A DNA stretch of 64,000 nt, taken from contig CAWFXA010000002.1 in assembly GCA_963819655.1 (NCBI GenBank), positions 864,001-928,000 on the forward strand, given 5' to 3'. The notes under the pieces are model-generated. The model did no database searches and was not told where the DNA came from. It saw nothing but the letters and a program-made list of their open reading frames with translations. Origin of the DNA: an uncultured Chloroflexia bacterium (GTDB taxonomy: Bacteria; Chloroflexota; Limnocylindria; Limnocylindrales; CSP1-4). Position 1 is the first letter of the stretch. Each line of letters starts with the position of its first letter. This document shows positions 10,336-19,933 of the stretch, piece after piece. Both the position numbers and the translations under genes were made by a program.

Positions 10336-10794
10336 GTGCCCGACCGACTCCCGCCGCCTGGACCGTCGTACCTGCGCGAGCACGAGGTCCGTGTCGGCGA
10401 CCGAGCGCTGCGCGCCGGGATGGCGCGCCCGTCGGAAACTCCCGACGGCTGGTGGATAGCGCTCATGTGGGTGGCCGACGACGACGGCGTGGTCAGCTTC
10501 CGCGATGTCGCGCCCGCGGCCGGCCCGCCACCGGATCCGCCGCTCGCGCGTCTCGGGCCGGCGCTGTCGGGCGCGCTGTCCGGGTTGATCCTCGAGGATG
10601 CCGGGCGGCTCCAGCTGCGCGTCGGCGGGCTGGTCCCGCCGGACGATCCGGCCCGCCCGTGGCGCGCGCCGCTTGCGATCCGCGCAGCATTCCGGTTCGA
10701 GCCGGCGCGCGCGGCCACGATGCGACCCAACGAACTGGCCGAGACGGTCCTCGCCGCGTTTCGCCGCTCCGTGGAGGGCCTCGGTCGGGGGTAG
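10336..10794 (+). CDS. hypothetical protein
   Basis: Fills the gap with coding-like codon use; TAGACT 7 nt before GTG. Confidence 0.65.
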   Translation: MPDRLPPPGPSYLREHEVRVGDRALRAGMARPSETPDGWWIALMWVADDDGVVSFRDVAPAAGPPPDPPLARLGPALSGALSGLILEDAGRLQLRVGGLVPPDDPARPWRAPLAIRAAFRFEPARAATMRPNELAETVLAAFRRSVEGLGRG

Positions 10795-10806
10795 CATCGT
10801 CAGGCG

Positions 10807-13800
10807 ATGCGCGACATGTTCGACGATTTCCTGGAGGAGCTCCGACGCCGCGAGGCCGAGGCCCGCGGCGAGGAGCCCGAGGAGAGGCCGCCCCGACGGC
10901 CGCGACCGGTCGGGCCGGACAGCCCGGATGGCGGTCGACGCCCGGGCCGCTTCCGGGCCTCGTGGTGGGTCGTCATCCTGGTCGTCATCGTCACGATCTT
11001 CGTGGCGAGTGCGGTCCTGGACCTGTGGACCGATGCCCTGTGGTTCCAAAGTGTCGGGTTCGACGCCGTGTTCTGGACCCGGTTTGGCGCCCAGCTCGGT
11101 CTGTTCGTCGCCGCGGCGCTGGGCACACTGGCGGTCATCCTGATCAACCTGTCGGTGGCGGGCCGGCTGTCGCCGCCGTCGGTAGGAGGCGGCGCGTCGT
11201 TCTCGGGTTGGTTCGCGCGCCTCAACGACGCCACCGGCTCCCGTCGCGTCGGCGGCCCATCGGACGGGGGACCGCGGACGATCACGTTCGGGCCCGAGGA
11301 CGTCCCGGACCTTACCCCGATCGCCCGGGCCATCCTCGTCGTCGTGGCCGTCCTCGTCGCACTGACGATCGGCGCGTCGGTCGCAGCGTCGTGGGAGACC
11401 ATCCTGCTCTGGGCGAACCGCGTGCCGTTCTCGCCCGAAGGTGCCGCGCCGGTCGTCGATCCGGTCTTCGGACGCGACATCGGGTTCTTCCTGTTCGAGC
11501 TCCCGTTCTTGCGACTGGTCCAATCATTGTTCAACGCGATCGTCATCGCCAGCCTCGTCGCGATCGGTATCCGCTACCTCGTGGCCGCGACCCGCGGGAA
11601 CCTCGAGTTGACCACGCAGATCCGGGTGCACCTCGGGATCCTGGCGGGCTTGCTCCTCCTGTCGATCGCATTCGGGTACCAGCTCGACAAGTTCGAGCTC
11701 GTCTATAGCGGCCGTGGCTTCGTGACCGGCGTGAGCTACACGGACCAGAACGCCCAATTCTTCGCGTACGACGTCCTGACCGTGCTGTCCGGGCTCGCCG
11801 GCGCGCTCCTCGTCGGCGCCGCGTTCACCCGGATGCTGTGGCCGCTCGGCCTCACGCTGGGAATCTGGCTGCTGGCGTCGCTGCTCATCGGACGGGCCTA
11901 CCCCGAGGCGATCCAGCGTCTGACCGTGGACCCGAACCAGTTCGCGCAGGAAGAGCGGTACATCCTGAACAACATCGCGATGACCCGATTGGCGTTCGGG
12001 CTGGACGGTTGGGAGGACGACCGGCCCTTCCGAGGTGAATCGGTCCTGACCGAGGAGGTCATCGAGCAGGAGGCCGCGACGTTCCAGAACGCCCGGCTGT
12101 GGGACTACCGCCCGCTCGCTCAGTCACTCGACCAGCTCCAGACCGTCCGGCGGTACTACGACTTCGTCGACGTCGACACCGACCGATACGAGATCGACGG
12201 CGAGCAGCGCCAGGTGATGCTGTCGGCTCGCGAGTTGGCGCTCGACCAGAACCCCGGCGCGACCGGCTGGGTCAACCAGCGCGTCAACTTCACGCACGGG
12301 ATCGGCGCCACGATGGTCCCGGTCAACGAGGTGGCCAACGAGGGTCAGCCGCGACTGCTGATCGGCAACCTGCCGCCGGTCTCGTCGTCAGGAGCACCGA
12401 CCATCCGCGAGCCGCGGATCTACTTCGGTGAGCGCGATTCGTCGTACATCGTTGTGGGAGCCCGCCAGAACGAGTTCGATTACCCGACGGGCGATGGCGA
12501 CGAAACCGGCGCAGCCGGGACGTCGACCCGGTGGACCGGGTCGAGCGGGATCCGCATCGACACGACCCTCATGCGAGCCCTGTTCGCGCTGCGCTTCCGC
12601 GACCTCGATCTGCTCATCACCGACCAGGTGACCGTTCAGAGCCAGCTGCTGTTCCACCGCTCGCTGCGCGACCGGCTCGGGCAGATCGCCCCCTTCCTGC
12701 TCTACGACAAGGATCCTTACCTCGTCATCGACGGCTCGGGGCGTCTCGTCTACGTCCAGGACGCGTATACGGTCTCGGATCGCTTCCCGCACGCGCAGGG
12801 CTTCGACCCGCGTTCGGCATTCGAGACGACCGGCCTCGGACGACAGCCGTTCAACTACATGCGCAACAGCGTCAAGCTGACGATGGACGCCTACGACGGC
12901 ACGATGCGGTTCTACATCGCCGATCCGGACGACCCGATCGTGCGTGCCTACGCCGGTGTCTTCCCGAGCCTGTTCCGGCCGATGAGCGAGCTGCCCGACG
13001 ACCTGCGGCCCCACCTGCGGGTCCCGGAAGAGCAGTTCAACGTCCAGACGCGGGTGTTCGGCCGGTACCACGTGACCAGCGCGGAGCAATTCTTCCGCAA
13101 CGACGACCAATGGACGGTCCCGCAGGGCCAGACCAGCGAACAGGCCCTCCCGTCCGAGGCCTACTACGTGATCATGCGGATGCCCGGCGAGGAGGAGGCC
13201 GAGTTCCTCCTGCTCCAGCCGATGGTGCCGATCAGCCGCCCGAACATGATCGCCTGGGTGGCGGCCCGCATGGACGAGCCGAACTACGGGGCGACCCGCA
13301 TCTACCGCTTCCCCGCCGAGACGACGATCTTCGGGCCAGCCCAGATCGAGGCGCGCATCGACCAGGACCCAGCCATCAGCCAGCAGCTCACGTTGTGGCG
13401 CAACTCGGGCAGCAACGTCATCCGCGGCAACCTCATCGTCGTCCCGATCACGGATTCGATCTTGTACCTGCAGCCCGTGTACCTGCAGTCCACCGGCTCC
13501 GCCTTCCCTGAGTTCCGGCGGATCGTCGTTGCCTCGCCGCGTGAGGTGGTGTGGGCCGAGACGCTCGCCTCCGCGCTCGATCAGCTGCTCGAGGCCGAAG
13601 GTGGGACGGCCGGCCCGTCACCGACGCCGACGCCGCGGCCGACGACCGGCCCGACCCCGAGCCCGACGACCTCGCCGGACCCTGACGCGCCGTTGCCGGC
13701 CGACGTGCCGGGCCTGATCGAATATGCGAACCAGCACTTCGAGCTGGCCCAGGCCGCCTTGCGGGACGGGGACTTCGGCCGTTATGGCGAGGAGATCGAC

Positions 13801-13872
13801 AAGGTCGAAGCCGCCCTCCGCCGACTCGACGAACTCGCACCTGGTCTGGCCTCCCCGTCGCCCGCACCGTGA
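10807..13872 (+). CDS. UPF0182 family membrane protein
   Basis: DPVFGRDIGFFLFELP, NARLWD, YYDFVDVDTDRY, FTHG, YMRNSVK, VIRGNLIVVP, YLQPVYLQ. Confidence 0.95.
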   Translation: MRDMFDDFLEELRRREAEARGEEPEERPPRRPRPVGPDSPDGGRRPGRFRASWWVVILVVIVTIFVASAVLDLWTDALWFQSVGFDAVFWTRFGAQLGLFVAAALGTLAVILINLSVAGRLSPPSVGGGASFSGWFARLNDATGSRRVGGPSDGGPRTITFGPEDVPDLTPIARAILVVVAVLVALTIGASVAASWETILLWANRVPFSPEGAAPVVDPVFGRDIGFFLFELPFLRLVQSLFNAIVIASLVAIGIRYLVAATRGNLELTTQIRVHLGILAGLLLLSIAFGYQLDKFELVYSGRGFVTGVSYTDQNAQFFAYDVLTVLSGLAGALLVGAAFTRMLWPLGLTLGIWLLASLLIGRAYPEAIQRLTVDPNQFAQEERYILNNIAMTRLAFGLDGWEDDRPFRGESVLTEEVIEQEAATFQNARLWDYRPLAQSLDQLQTVRRYYDFVDVDTDRYEIDGEQRQVMLSARELALDQNPGATGWVNQRVNFTHGIGATMVPVNEVANEGQPRLLIGNLPPVSSSGAPTIREPRIYFGERDSSYIVVGARQNEFDYPTGDGDETGAAGTSTRWTGSSGIRIDTTLMRALFALRFRDLDLLITDQVTVQSQLLFHRSLRDRLGQIAPFLLYDKDPYLVIDGSGRLVYVQDAYTVSDRFPHAQGFDPRSAFETTGLGRQPFNYMRNSVKLTMDAYDGTMRFYIADPDDPIVRAYAGVFPSLFRPMSELPDDLRPHLRVPEEQFNVQTRVFGRYHVTSAEQFFRNDDQWTVPQGQTSEQALPSEAYYVIMRMPGEEEAEFLLLQPMVPISRPNMIAWVAARMDEPNYGATRIYRFPAETTIFGPAQIEARIDQDPAISQQLTLWRNSGSNVIRGNLIVVPITDSILYLQPVYLQSTGSAFPEFRRIVVASPREVVWAETLASALDQLLEAEGGTAGPSPTPTPRPTTGPTPSPTTSPDPDAPLPADVPGLIEYANQHFELAQAALRDGDFGRYGEEIDKVEAALRRLDELAPGLASPSPAP

Positions 13873-14825
13873 GCCTCGGAGCGACCCTCTCCGGCTCGCT
13901 CCTGGCCGTGCTCGACCGGCCGTCCACCTGGCCGCTGGCGCTAGCGGGGTTCCTCATCCGTGGCGGCTGGCTGTTGGTGGTCGCCCCGATCGTCGTCCTG
14001 CCGACCGCGGTCGGGCTGGCGAATGTCATGGCCCCGCTGCTCGAAGACATCGCGTTCGGTCGGCGCATGGGCGAGCTGGTCGTCCTCATCCTCGTGGCAC
14101 TGCTGGTCGTCGTGGGCTGGCTCATCGGCGGTGGGTTGTTCGCGGCATTCGCCGAGCTCGAGGTCGTCCGACGGATCATCGCCGACAGCCCGGACGGTCG
14201 AGCGTCACCGGTCGAGGCCGTCGATCCCTGGACGGCGGCCTGGCGGATCCTGGGCGTTCGCCTCGCTGCCCACGTCCCATTCGCGATCGCCCTGGTGTGG
14301 GGTGCGGCGCGGCTCTCAACCGTCGGGTACGCGGAGCTGACCGTGCCATCGGACGTGACGGTGCCCCTTCCGTGGCGGATCGCGTCGGGTGCTCCCGACG
14401 CCATCGTCGGCATCGTCCTGACATGGCTCCTCGGTGAGGCGATCGGCGCGATGGGTGCGCGGCGTGTGGCGCTTTGGCGGGAGGCGGCCCGACCGGCCCT
14501 GCGCGCGGCGATCGCACGGTTCGCGCGATCGCCGGGCAGGCCAACGCTCCTCGCGCTCCTCCCGACGATCGTCCTCGTGGCCGTCGTCGCCCTGACTGGG
14601 ATCGCTGCCGGGACCGCCCTGGACGCCGTTCGGTCCGCATTCGCCCTGGACGAGGCGTCGGCCGGGACGACAGCGCTTCTGGTGGTGTTCGTGGGCCTGT
14701 TCGCGGGCGGGATCACGCTGCTTGCGCTCACGACGGCGTGGCGCGCAGCGATCTGGACGTTCGACGCGGTCGCTCAGGGGAGCGGGACGTTCGGGGGAGG
14801 CGGTAGCACCCGGACGGGGGACTAG
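13869..14825 (+). CDS. multi-pass membrane protein, hypothetical
   Basis: About 6 hydrophobic segments; GTGA overlap with the UPF0182 stop. Confidence 0.7.
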   Translation: MSLGATLSGSLLAVLDRPSTWPLALAGFLIRGGWLLVVAPIVVLPTAVGLANVMAPLLEDIAFGRRMGELVVLILVALLVVVGWLIGGGLFAAFAELEVVRRIIADSPDGRASPVEAVDPWTAAWRILGVRLAAHVPFAIALVWGAARLSTVGYAELTVPSDVTVPLPWRIASGAPDAIVGIVLTWLLGEAIGAMGARRVALWREAARPALRAAIARFARSPGRPTLLALLPTIVLVAVVALTGIAAGTALDAVRSAFALDEASAGTTALLVVFVGLFAGGITLLALTTAWRAAIWTFDAVAQGSGTFGGGGSTRTGD

Positions 14826-14901
14826 GAGGGCCGTTCCGCCTCTGTCACCCTGACCATCCGTCGACCCGCGGGGAGGGTCGGATGTGAACACGAGGTGATG
14901 G

Positions 14902-16008
14902 ATGACCGCGCAGTCGATCGTCTGCGGATCATGCGCGGCGGATGTCCCGTACGGACGTCTGTCGTGCCCGTCCTGCGGAGAGCTGCTGGCCTCGGTGGCC
15001 GGCAGTCGACGATTCTCGGCGGCCGCAGCGCGATCCAGGGTGCCTGCCGCCCGATCCACGGGGCCTGACGCGCCATCGGCCGTGCCCGACGTGCTCTACG
15101 ACGCGGGCGCCGCACCGAGTGCTGCTGTCGTCGACGGGCAGCTAGCCCTGGAGTCCACACCTCGGGACGCCGATGCGGAGCTGCCGTGGGCGGCGTCCGG
15201 CCATGCCGGAGCCCATGTCGATGAGGCGAACGGAACCGCGGCAGACGACCCAGACGACGCCGCCATCCTGGTCGGTGACGAGGACGCGTCTGTCACGGCT
15301 GGGCCTGCCTGGCCGGCCCTTGGGGCGGGTCTGACCGGGAGCCGGACACCTTCGTACATGCCACGCGGGACCGCCGACACTGGCGGAGCCACCCTACCCG
15401 CCGCCGGCGTGGCCGGGAGCCCGTCTTTCGCCGGTCCGGGTGCATACGTGCCGCCGATGCCTTTCACCGTCGTCTCGGCCGGGCCTCCCGCCCCCGCGCG
15501 CGAGTGGGCCGGCCACGGACCTGAGCCCGGCCGCGCATCCGACGGGGCCGGTTCGGCATCGCCCGGCAGCGCGGCATCACCCGCGTCCACCGCGGATCGC
15601 CAGGCGCGTTTCGCCGAGTTCGTCGGCTGGCTGTCCGTCGCCGGGGCCGCCTTCGCGGCGGTCGGGTTCCTGCTTCCGTGGGGCATGGTCGTGATCGGGT
15701 CGGGGGGCGTCGGCTACTTCGATCGCTGGGGCCTGTCCGGGCCGGGCCACGTGATCATCGCCCTCGGCATGCTGGTCGTCCTCGGTCTCGCTCTGATCAA
15801 GAACGTCATCCCCGTCTGGATCAGGACGGGGCTGGTCGGGCTGGGCCTGGGCGCGTACCTGCTGGGGCTCGTCTGGCCCTACATCTTCGCCCTGCCCGGG
15901 ACCGGGCCGGGTGCGCTGATCGCGGCCATCGGCGCGGTCGCCCTCACGGTGGCCGGCCTGCTCGCCCTGATCACCGAGCGTCACGCCGGGATCGATCGCT
16001 CCGTCTGA
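14902..16008 (+). CDS. zinc-ribbon / low-complexity linker / 4-TM protein
   Basis: N-terminal CGSC-x10-CPSCG, Ala/Pro-rich middle, four C-terminal TM helices; GAGGTG RBS. Confidence 0.7.
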   Translation: MTAQSIVCGSCAADVPYGRLSCPSCGELLASVAGSRRFSAAAARSRVPAARSTGPDAPSAVPDVLYDAGAAPSAAVVDGQLALESTPRDADAELPWAASGHAGAHVDEANGTAADDPDDAAILVGDEDASVTAGPAWPALGAGLTGSRTPSYMPRGTADTGGATLPAAGVAGSPSFAGPGAYVPPMPFTVVSAGPPAPAREWAGHGPEPGRASDGAGSASPGSAASPASTADRQARFAEFVGWLSVAGAAFAAVGFLLPWGMVVIGSGGVGYFDRWGLSGPGHVIIALGMLVVLGLALIKNVIPVWIRTGLVGLGLGAYLLGLVWPYIFALPGTGPGALIAAIGAVALTVAGLLALITERHAGIDRSV

Positions 16009-16107
16009 CACGGGTCGTCCTCGGTCGACCGGACGGGCGGATGGCTGGGGGACCCCTGCTACACTGCCCCCCGACCAGCACGACCCACGGAGGCGGTCTC
16101 CCGGCGC

Positions 16108-16767
16108 ATGAATCAGATCTTCGATGGTATCGGCAAGACGGTCGGCGACATCGTCGACAGCCCCGTCGTCCAGCTCGGCGTGCGACTGATCTTCATCTAC
16201 ATCGTGGTCCTGTGGATCGCCACGGCCTATTGGGCGTTCCGGGACATGCAGCAGCGGTCCGACAACGCGATCCTGCCCTACCTGGTCGCCGCCGGCATCA
16301 TCCTGTTCACCCCGTTCCTGTTCCTCCTCGCCGTGTGGGTCTACAAGATCGTCCGGCCACACGAGAAGGTCGGCGAGATCTGGGAGCGGAACCTCGCCGA
16401 GGAAGCGCTGCTGAACGAGGTCGAGGCGGTCCACCACTGCCCGACCTGCGAGCGCCGGGTCGACGAGGAATGGATCATCTGCCCCTCCTGCCGAACGCGC
16501 CTGAACCGGGTCTGCCCGAACTGTTCGCGGCTCGTGGGCCTCGACTGGTCGCTGTGCGCGTGGTGCGGCAAGGACTTCGAGCGACGTGACGCGGTCCCGG
16601 CCGGCATGATCCACTCCTTGCCATCAGGCATGGAAGCCACCGGCCGGATCGCGGCGCAGGGCGGCGATGCGACCGCGGCGATCCCGGCCGCCATGCAGCA
16701 GTCGGTCCGTTCGCGCTCTCGCCGATCGCGCCCGACGGCCGCCGGGGATCCGCTGCCCGAGCGTTGA
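16108..16767 (+). CDS. membrane-anchored double zinc-ribbon protein
   Basis: Two TM helices then CPTC, CPSC, CPNC, CAWCG. Confidence 0.85.
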   Translation: MNQIFDGIGKTVGDIVDSPVVQLGVRLIFIYIVVLWIATAYWAFRDMQQRSDNAILPYLVAAGIILFTPFLFLLAVWVYKIVRPHEKVGEIWERNLAEEALLNEVEAVHHCPTCERRVDEEWIICPSCRTRLNRVCPNCSRLVGLDWSLCAWCGKDFERRDAVPAGMIHSLPSGMEATGRIAAQGGDATAAIPAAMQQSVRSRSRRSRPTAAGDPLPER

Positions 16768-17756
16768 CGGACCCCACCCCGGACCACAAGGATCGGCCGG
16801 GCGCATCCACGTTCACGATCGAGGGTCGATCGGCACCAGGGCTGTTTGTGGTCGGCTGGCTGGCGACGCTCGTCGGTCTTGGAGTGACCTTCGTCGCGGT
16901 CATGGCTTCTCCGGGTCTGTCGCGCCAGGTCCTGCTGATCGTGGGAGTGCTCATCCTCTCGATCGGGTTGGTCGCCGGAGCCGGCGGGCAGGCGATCGAG
17001 CGCCGGGCGCGCGGCACGCTTCCGTACGCCGGCCCGTCGCCGTTTCTCGTGTTCGCTGCGGCGATCCCGGTGTCCTTCCTGGGCGTCGTCCTCCTCGGGT
17101 TCGTTTTCGAGGCCACGGGCATCCCCATCGACGGACCGTTCGCGCCACTCGCGTCGGTGATCGTGCAGGCCCTCGTGTACATCGGGCTCATCCGGCTTCT
17201 GGTGGTCGACACCGGAGGCCTGTCGTGGGCGGACATGGGCATCCGACGGCCGGACGCTCGCGCGGTGCGGGAGTTCGGCTATGGCGCGTTGTGGGCCGGC
17301 GGCGCGATCCTGGCCACGATCCCCGTCGCGATCGTGCTCTCGCTGGTGTTGCCCGTGCTGCCGACCAGCCCCTTGCCGCGGACCGGCGAGCTGGGTGGTC
17401 TCCTGGTCAACCTGGTGGCCGGGGCGATCGTCGCGCCGATCGGCGAGGAGATCATGTTCCGCGGTCTCGCGACGACGGCGTGGACCCGCGGCATGGGCGA
17501 ACGTCGCGGGCTGATCCGGGCGGCGCTGTTCTTCGCCTTCGCCCACGTCCTGACGATCGGCGGGACCTCGGCAGGCCCGGCCATCGCGCTCGCGCTGGCC
17601 GCGTTCGTGGGCCGTATCCCCGTGTCCCTGATCCTGACCTGGTTGTTCGTACGGCATCGATCGATCTGGGTCCCGCTCGGGCTCCATGCCACGTTCAACG
17701 CCCTCCTGCTCGTCCTCGCTGAGGTCGTCGCACCACTCGCGCCGCCACCGGTCTGA
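16764..17756 (+). CDS. CPBP (Abi/CAAX type II) intramembrane metalloprotease
   Basis: APIGEEIMFRG, FAFAH, HATFN motifs. Confidence 0.9.
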   Translation: MTDPTPDHKDRPGASTFTIEGRSAPGLFVVGWLATLVGLGVTFVAVMASPGLSRQVLLIVGVLILSIGLVAGAGGQAIERRARGTLPYAGPSPFLVFAAAIPVSFLGVVLLGFVFEATGIPIDGPFAPLASVIVQALVYIGLIRLLVVDTGGLSWADMGIRRPDARAVREFGYGALWAGGAILATIPVAIVLSLVLPVLPTSPLPRTGELGGLLVNLVAGAIVAPIGEEIMFRGLATTAWTRGMGERRGLIRAALFFAFAHVLTIGGTSAGPAIALALAAFVGRIPVSLILTWLFVRHRSIWVPLGLHATFNALLLVLAEVVAPLAPPPV

Positions 17757-17759
17757 GGC

Positions 17760-17893
17760 GTCCCCGGCGGGCTAAGGCGCCACCAAGCCGCCGATGAGTC
17801 TCCGGTGAGGGTCGCTCGGTAGGCTGCGCGGCGTCCTCGAGGTCCGGATGGCGGGAGGAATTGGCGGGCTCTCGTCGTCCGGGCCGCGGGGAC
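17760..17893 (+). ncRNA. candidate structured RNA (long imperfect hairpin, 6S-like)
   Basis: Nested pairings by eye: GTCCCCG/CGGGGAC, CCGCCGAT/ATTGGCGG, CCGG/CCGG, GAGGGtCGC/GCGTCCTC; G-U pairs favour the + strand. Confidence 0.35.
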
Positions 17894-17924
17894 ACCCAGA
17901 CCACATGTAACGGAGGCCGCGGTC

Positions 17925-18677
17925 GTGGACCCGAGCACCGTGTCCCGCAGCGGCCACGCGATCCGAGGCGTCGGCCACGCGATCCGCGAGCTGCCGGAGG
18001 CTGAGCGGCCGCGCGAACGGCTCGCCCTCCGCGGCGCGGGTGGACTGACGTCCGCGGAGTTGATCGCATTGCTGTGGGGGAGCGGGGTTCGCGGCCGATC
18101 CGCGGTGGACATCGCCACCGACGCGCTCGCGGCCCACGACGGTCTCGCCGGACTGGCGCGCGCGACCGACATCGAGCTCGCGGCCCTGCCCGGCATAGGC
18201 GCGGTCAAGGCTGCTCAGCTCGTGGCAGCGTTCGAGCTCGGTCGGCGGCTTCTCGCAGACTGGCCGACGGCGCGCTGGTCGATCCGGGGCCCGCGTGACG
18301 TCGCCGACCGGCTCATCCTCCAGATGGGCGGGCTGGAGCGCGAAGAGCTGCGTGTCGTCATCCTCGATACGAAGAACCACGTGCTGCGCGTGGCCACGGT
18401 CTACCAGGGCAACGTGTCGGCCTCACTCGTTCGCGTCGGGGAGCTCTATCGCGACGCGGTCAGGCTCAGCGCCGCGAGCGTGATCCTCGTCCACAACCAT
18501 CCGAGCGGCGACCCCACGCCGTCGCCCGACGACCTGCATCTGACCGCCGAGGCGCTGGCCGCAGGCAGGCTGCTCGACATCGCCCTGCTCGACCACCTCG
18601 TGATCGGTCACGACGCGTACGTGTCGCTACGTGACCGCGGCGTCGATTTCGACCGTCCGACCACGCCGCGGACCTGA
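17925..18677 (+). CDS. radC: RadC (JAB domain) protein
   Basis: ERPRERL, GIGAVKA, HNHPSGDPTPSPDD, LLDHLVIG. Confidence 0.95.
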   Translation: MDPSTVSRSGHAIRGVGHAIRELPEAERPRERLALRGAGGLTSAELIALLWGSGVRGRSAVDIATDALAAHDGLAGLARATDIELAALPGIGAVKAAQLVAAFELGRRLLADWPTARWSIRGPRDVADRLILQMGGLEREELRVVILDTKNHVLRVATVYQGNVSASLVRVGELYRDAVRLSAASVILVHNHPSGDPTPSPDDLHLTAEALAAGRLLDIALLDHLVIGHDAYVSLRDRGVDFDRPTTPRT

Positions 18678-18834
18678 CCGCGCGGCCCGTCCGGGGCCAT
18701 CGCCTGACCCTCTGGTAGACTGCGCGGGCCTAACGGCCTGAACCTGACCAACCGCCCGGCGCGACGCGGCCACGATCCCGGCCTGTCGTCACGCCCGACC
18801 CCCATGGCGATCCACGAGGACTCTCTCCCCGACC

Positions 18835-19887
18835 ATGCTCGACCGCCTGCTCGGCCTCTTTTCCCGCGACATCGGCATCGATCTCGGAACCGCGAACACC
18901 CTGGTCCACGTGAGGGACCGCGGGATCGTGATGAGCGAGCCGTCGGTGGTCGCGATCGACGCGAAGACGAAGCGCGTGCTCGCCATCGGCGCGGAGGCGA
19001 AGCGGATGGTCGGTCGCACACCGGCCAACATCATCGCGGTGCGGCCACTGCGCGACGGCGTCATCAGCGACTTCGACGTCACCGAGCAGATGATCAAGTA
19101 CTTCGTGAACCGCGTGCACGACCGGATCGGGCTGATCCCACGCCCGCGCATGCTGCTGGGCATCCCCTCGGGCGTCACCGAGGTCGAGAAGCGAGCCGTG
19201 CGCGACGCCGCCCTCAATGCCGGCGCCCGCTGGGCCCGCCTCATCGAGGAGCCGATGGCCGCGGCCATCGGCGCCGGCCTGCCGGTGAGCGAGCCGTCGG
19301 GCAGTCTCATCGTCGACATCGGCGGCGGGACCACCGAGGTCGCGGTCATCTCGCTCGGCGGCATCGTCGTCAGCCGCTCGATCCGGATCGGCGGCGACGA
19401 GATGGACCAGGACATCGTCACGTTCGCCCGCCGCGAGTACAACCTGTTCCTGGGCGAGCGAACGGCCGAGGACATCAAGATCGCGATCGGCTCGTCGTAT
19501 CCCGGCGAGTGGGACGCCCAGCGTGTGACGCTCCGCGGCCGCGACCTGCTGACAGGTCTGCCGCGCAGCGTGGAGGTCGGTGCCGACCAGATCCGCGAGG
19601 CGATCGAGCCGTCCGTCGCGCAGATCATCGACACCGTCAAGGACACGATCGAGGAGACCCCGCCCGAGCTTGTCGCCGACATCATGGACCAGGGCATCGT
19701 GGTGGCCGGCGGCGGCGCGCTGCTCGCCGGGCTCGACCGGCGCATCGCCGAGGCGACACAGATGCCCGTCCACATCGCCGACGACCCGCTGACATGCGTG
19801 GTGCGCGGGACCGGTGTCGTGCTCGAGGAGCTCGACGCGATGGATCGCGTGCTCGTCGCCGAGACGTACTCGCGACCGCCGCGCTGA
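18835..19887 (+). CDS. mreB: rod shape-determining protein MreB
   Basis: IGIDLGTANT, EPSVVA, PLRDGVISDF, EEPMAAAIGAGLP, DIGGGTTEVAVISLGG. Confidence 0.97.
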   Translation: MLDRLLGLFSRDIGIDLGTANTLVHVRDRGIVMSEPSVVAIDAKTKRVLAIGAEAKRMVGRTPANIIAVRPLRDGVISDFDVTEQMIKYFVNRVHDRIGLIPRPRMLLGIPSGVTEVEKRAVRDAALNAGARWARLIEEPMAAAIGAGLPVSEPSGSLIVDIGGGTTEVAVISLGGIVVSRSIRIGGDEMDQDIVTFARREYNLFLGERTAEDIKIAIGSSYPGEWDAQRVTLRGRDLLTGLPRSVEVGADQIREAIEPSVAQIIDTVKDTIEETPPELVADIMDQGIVVAGGGALLAGLDRRIAEATQMPVHIADDPLTCVVRGTGVVLEELDAMDRVLVAETYSRPPR

Positions 19888-19933
19888 AGGATCCTGGCGG
19901 TCGGCTTGACCGCCGACCGATGATCGACCTTCG

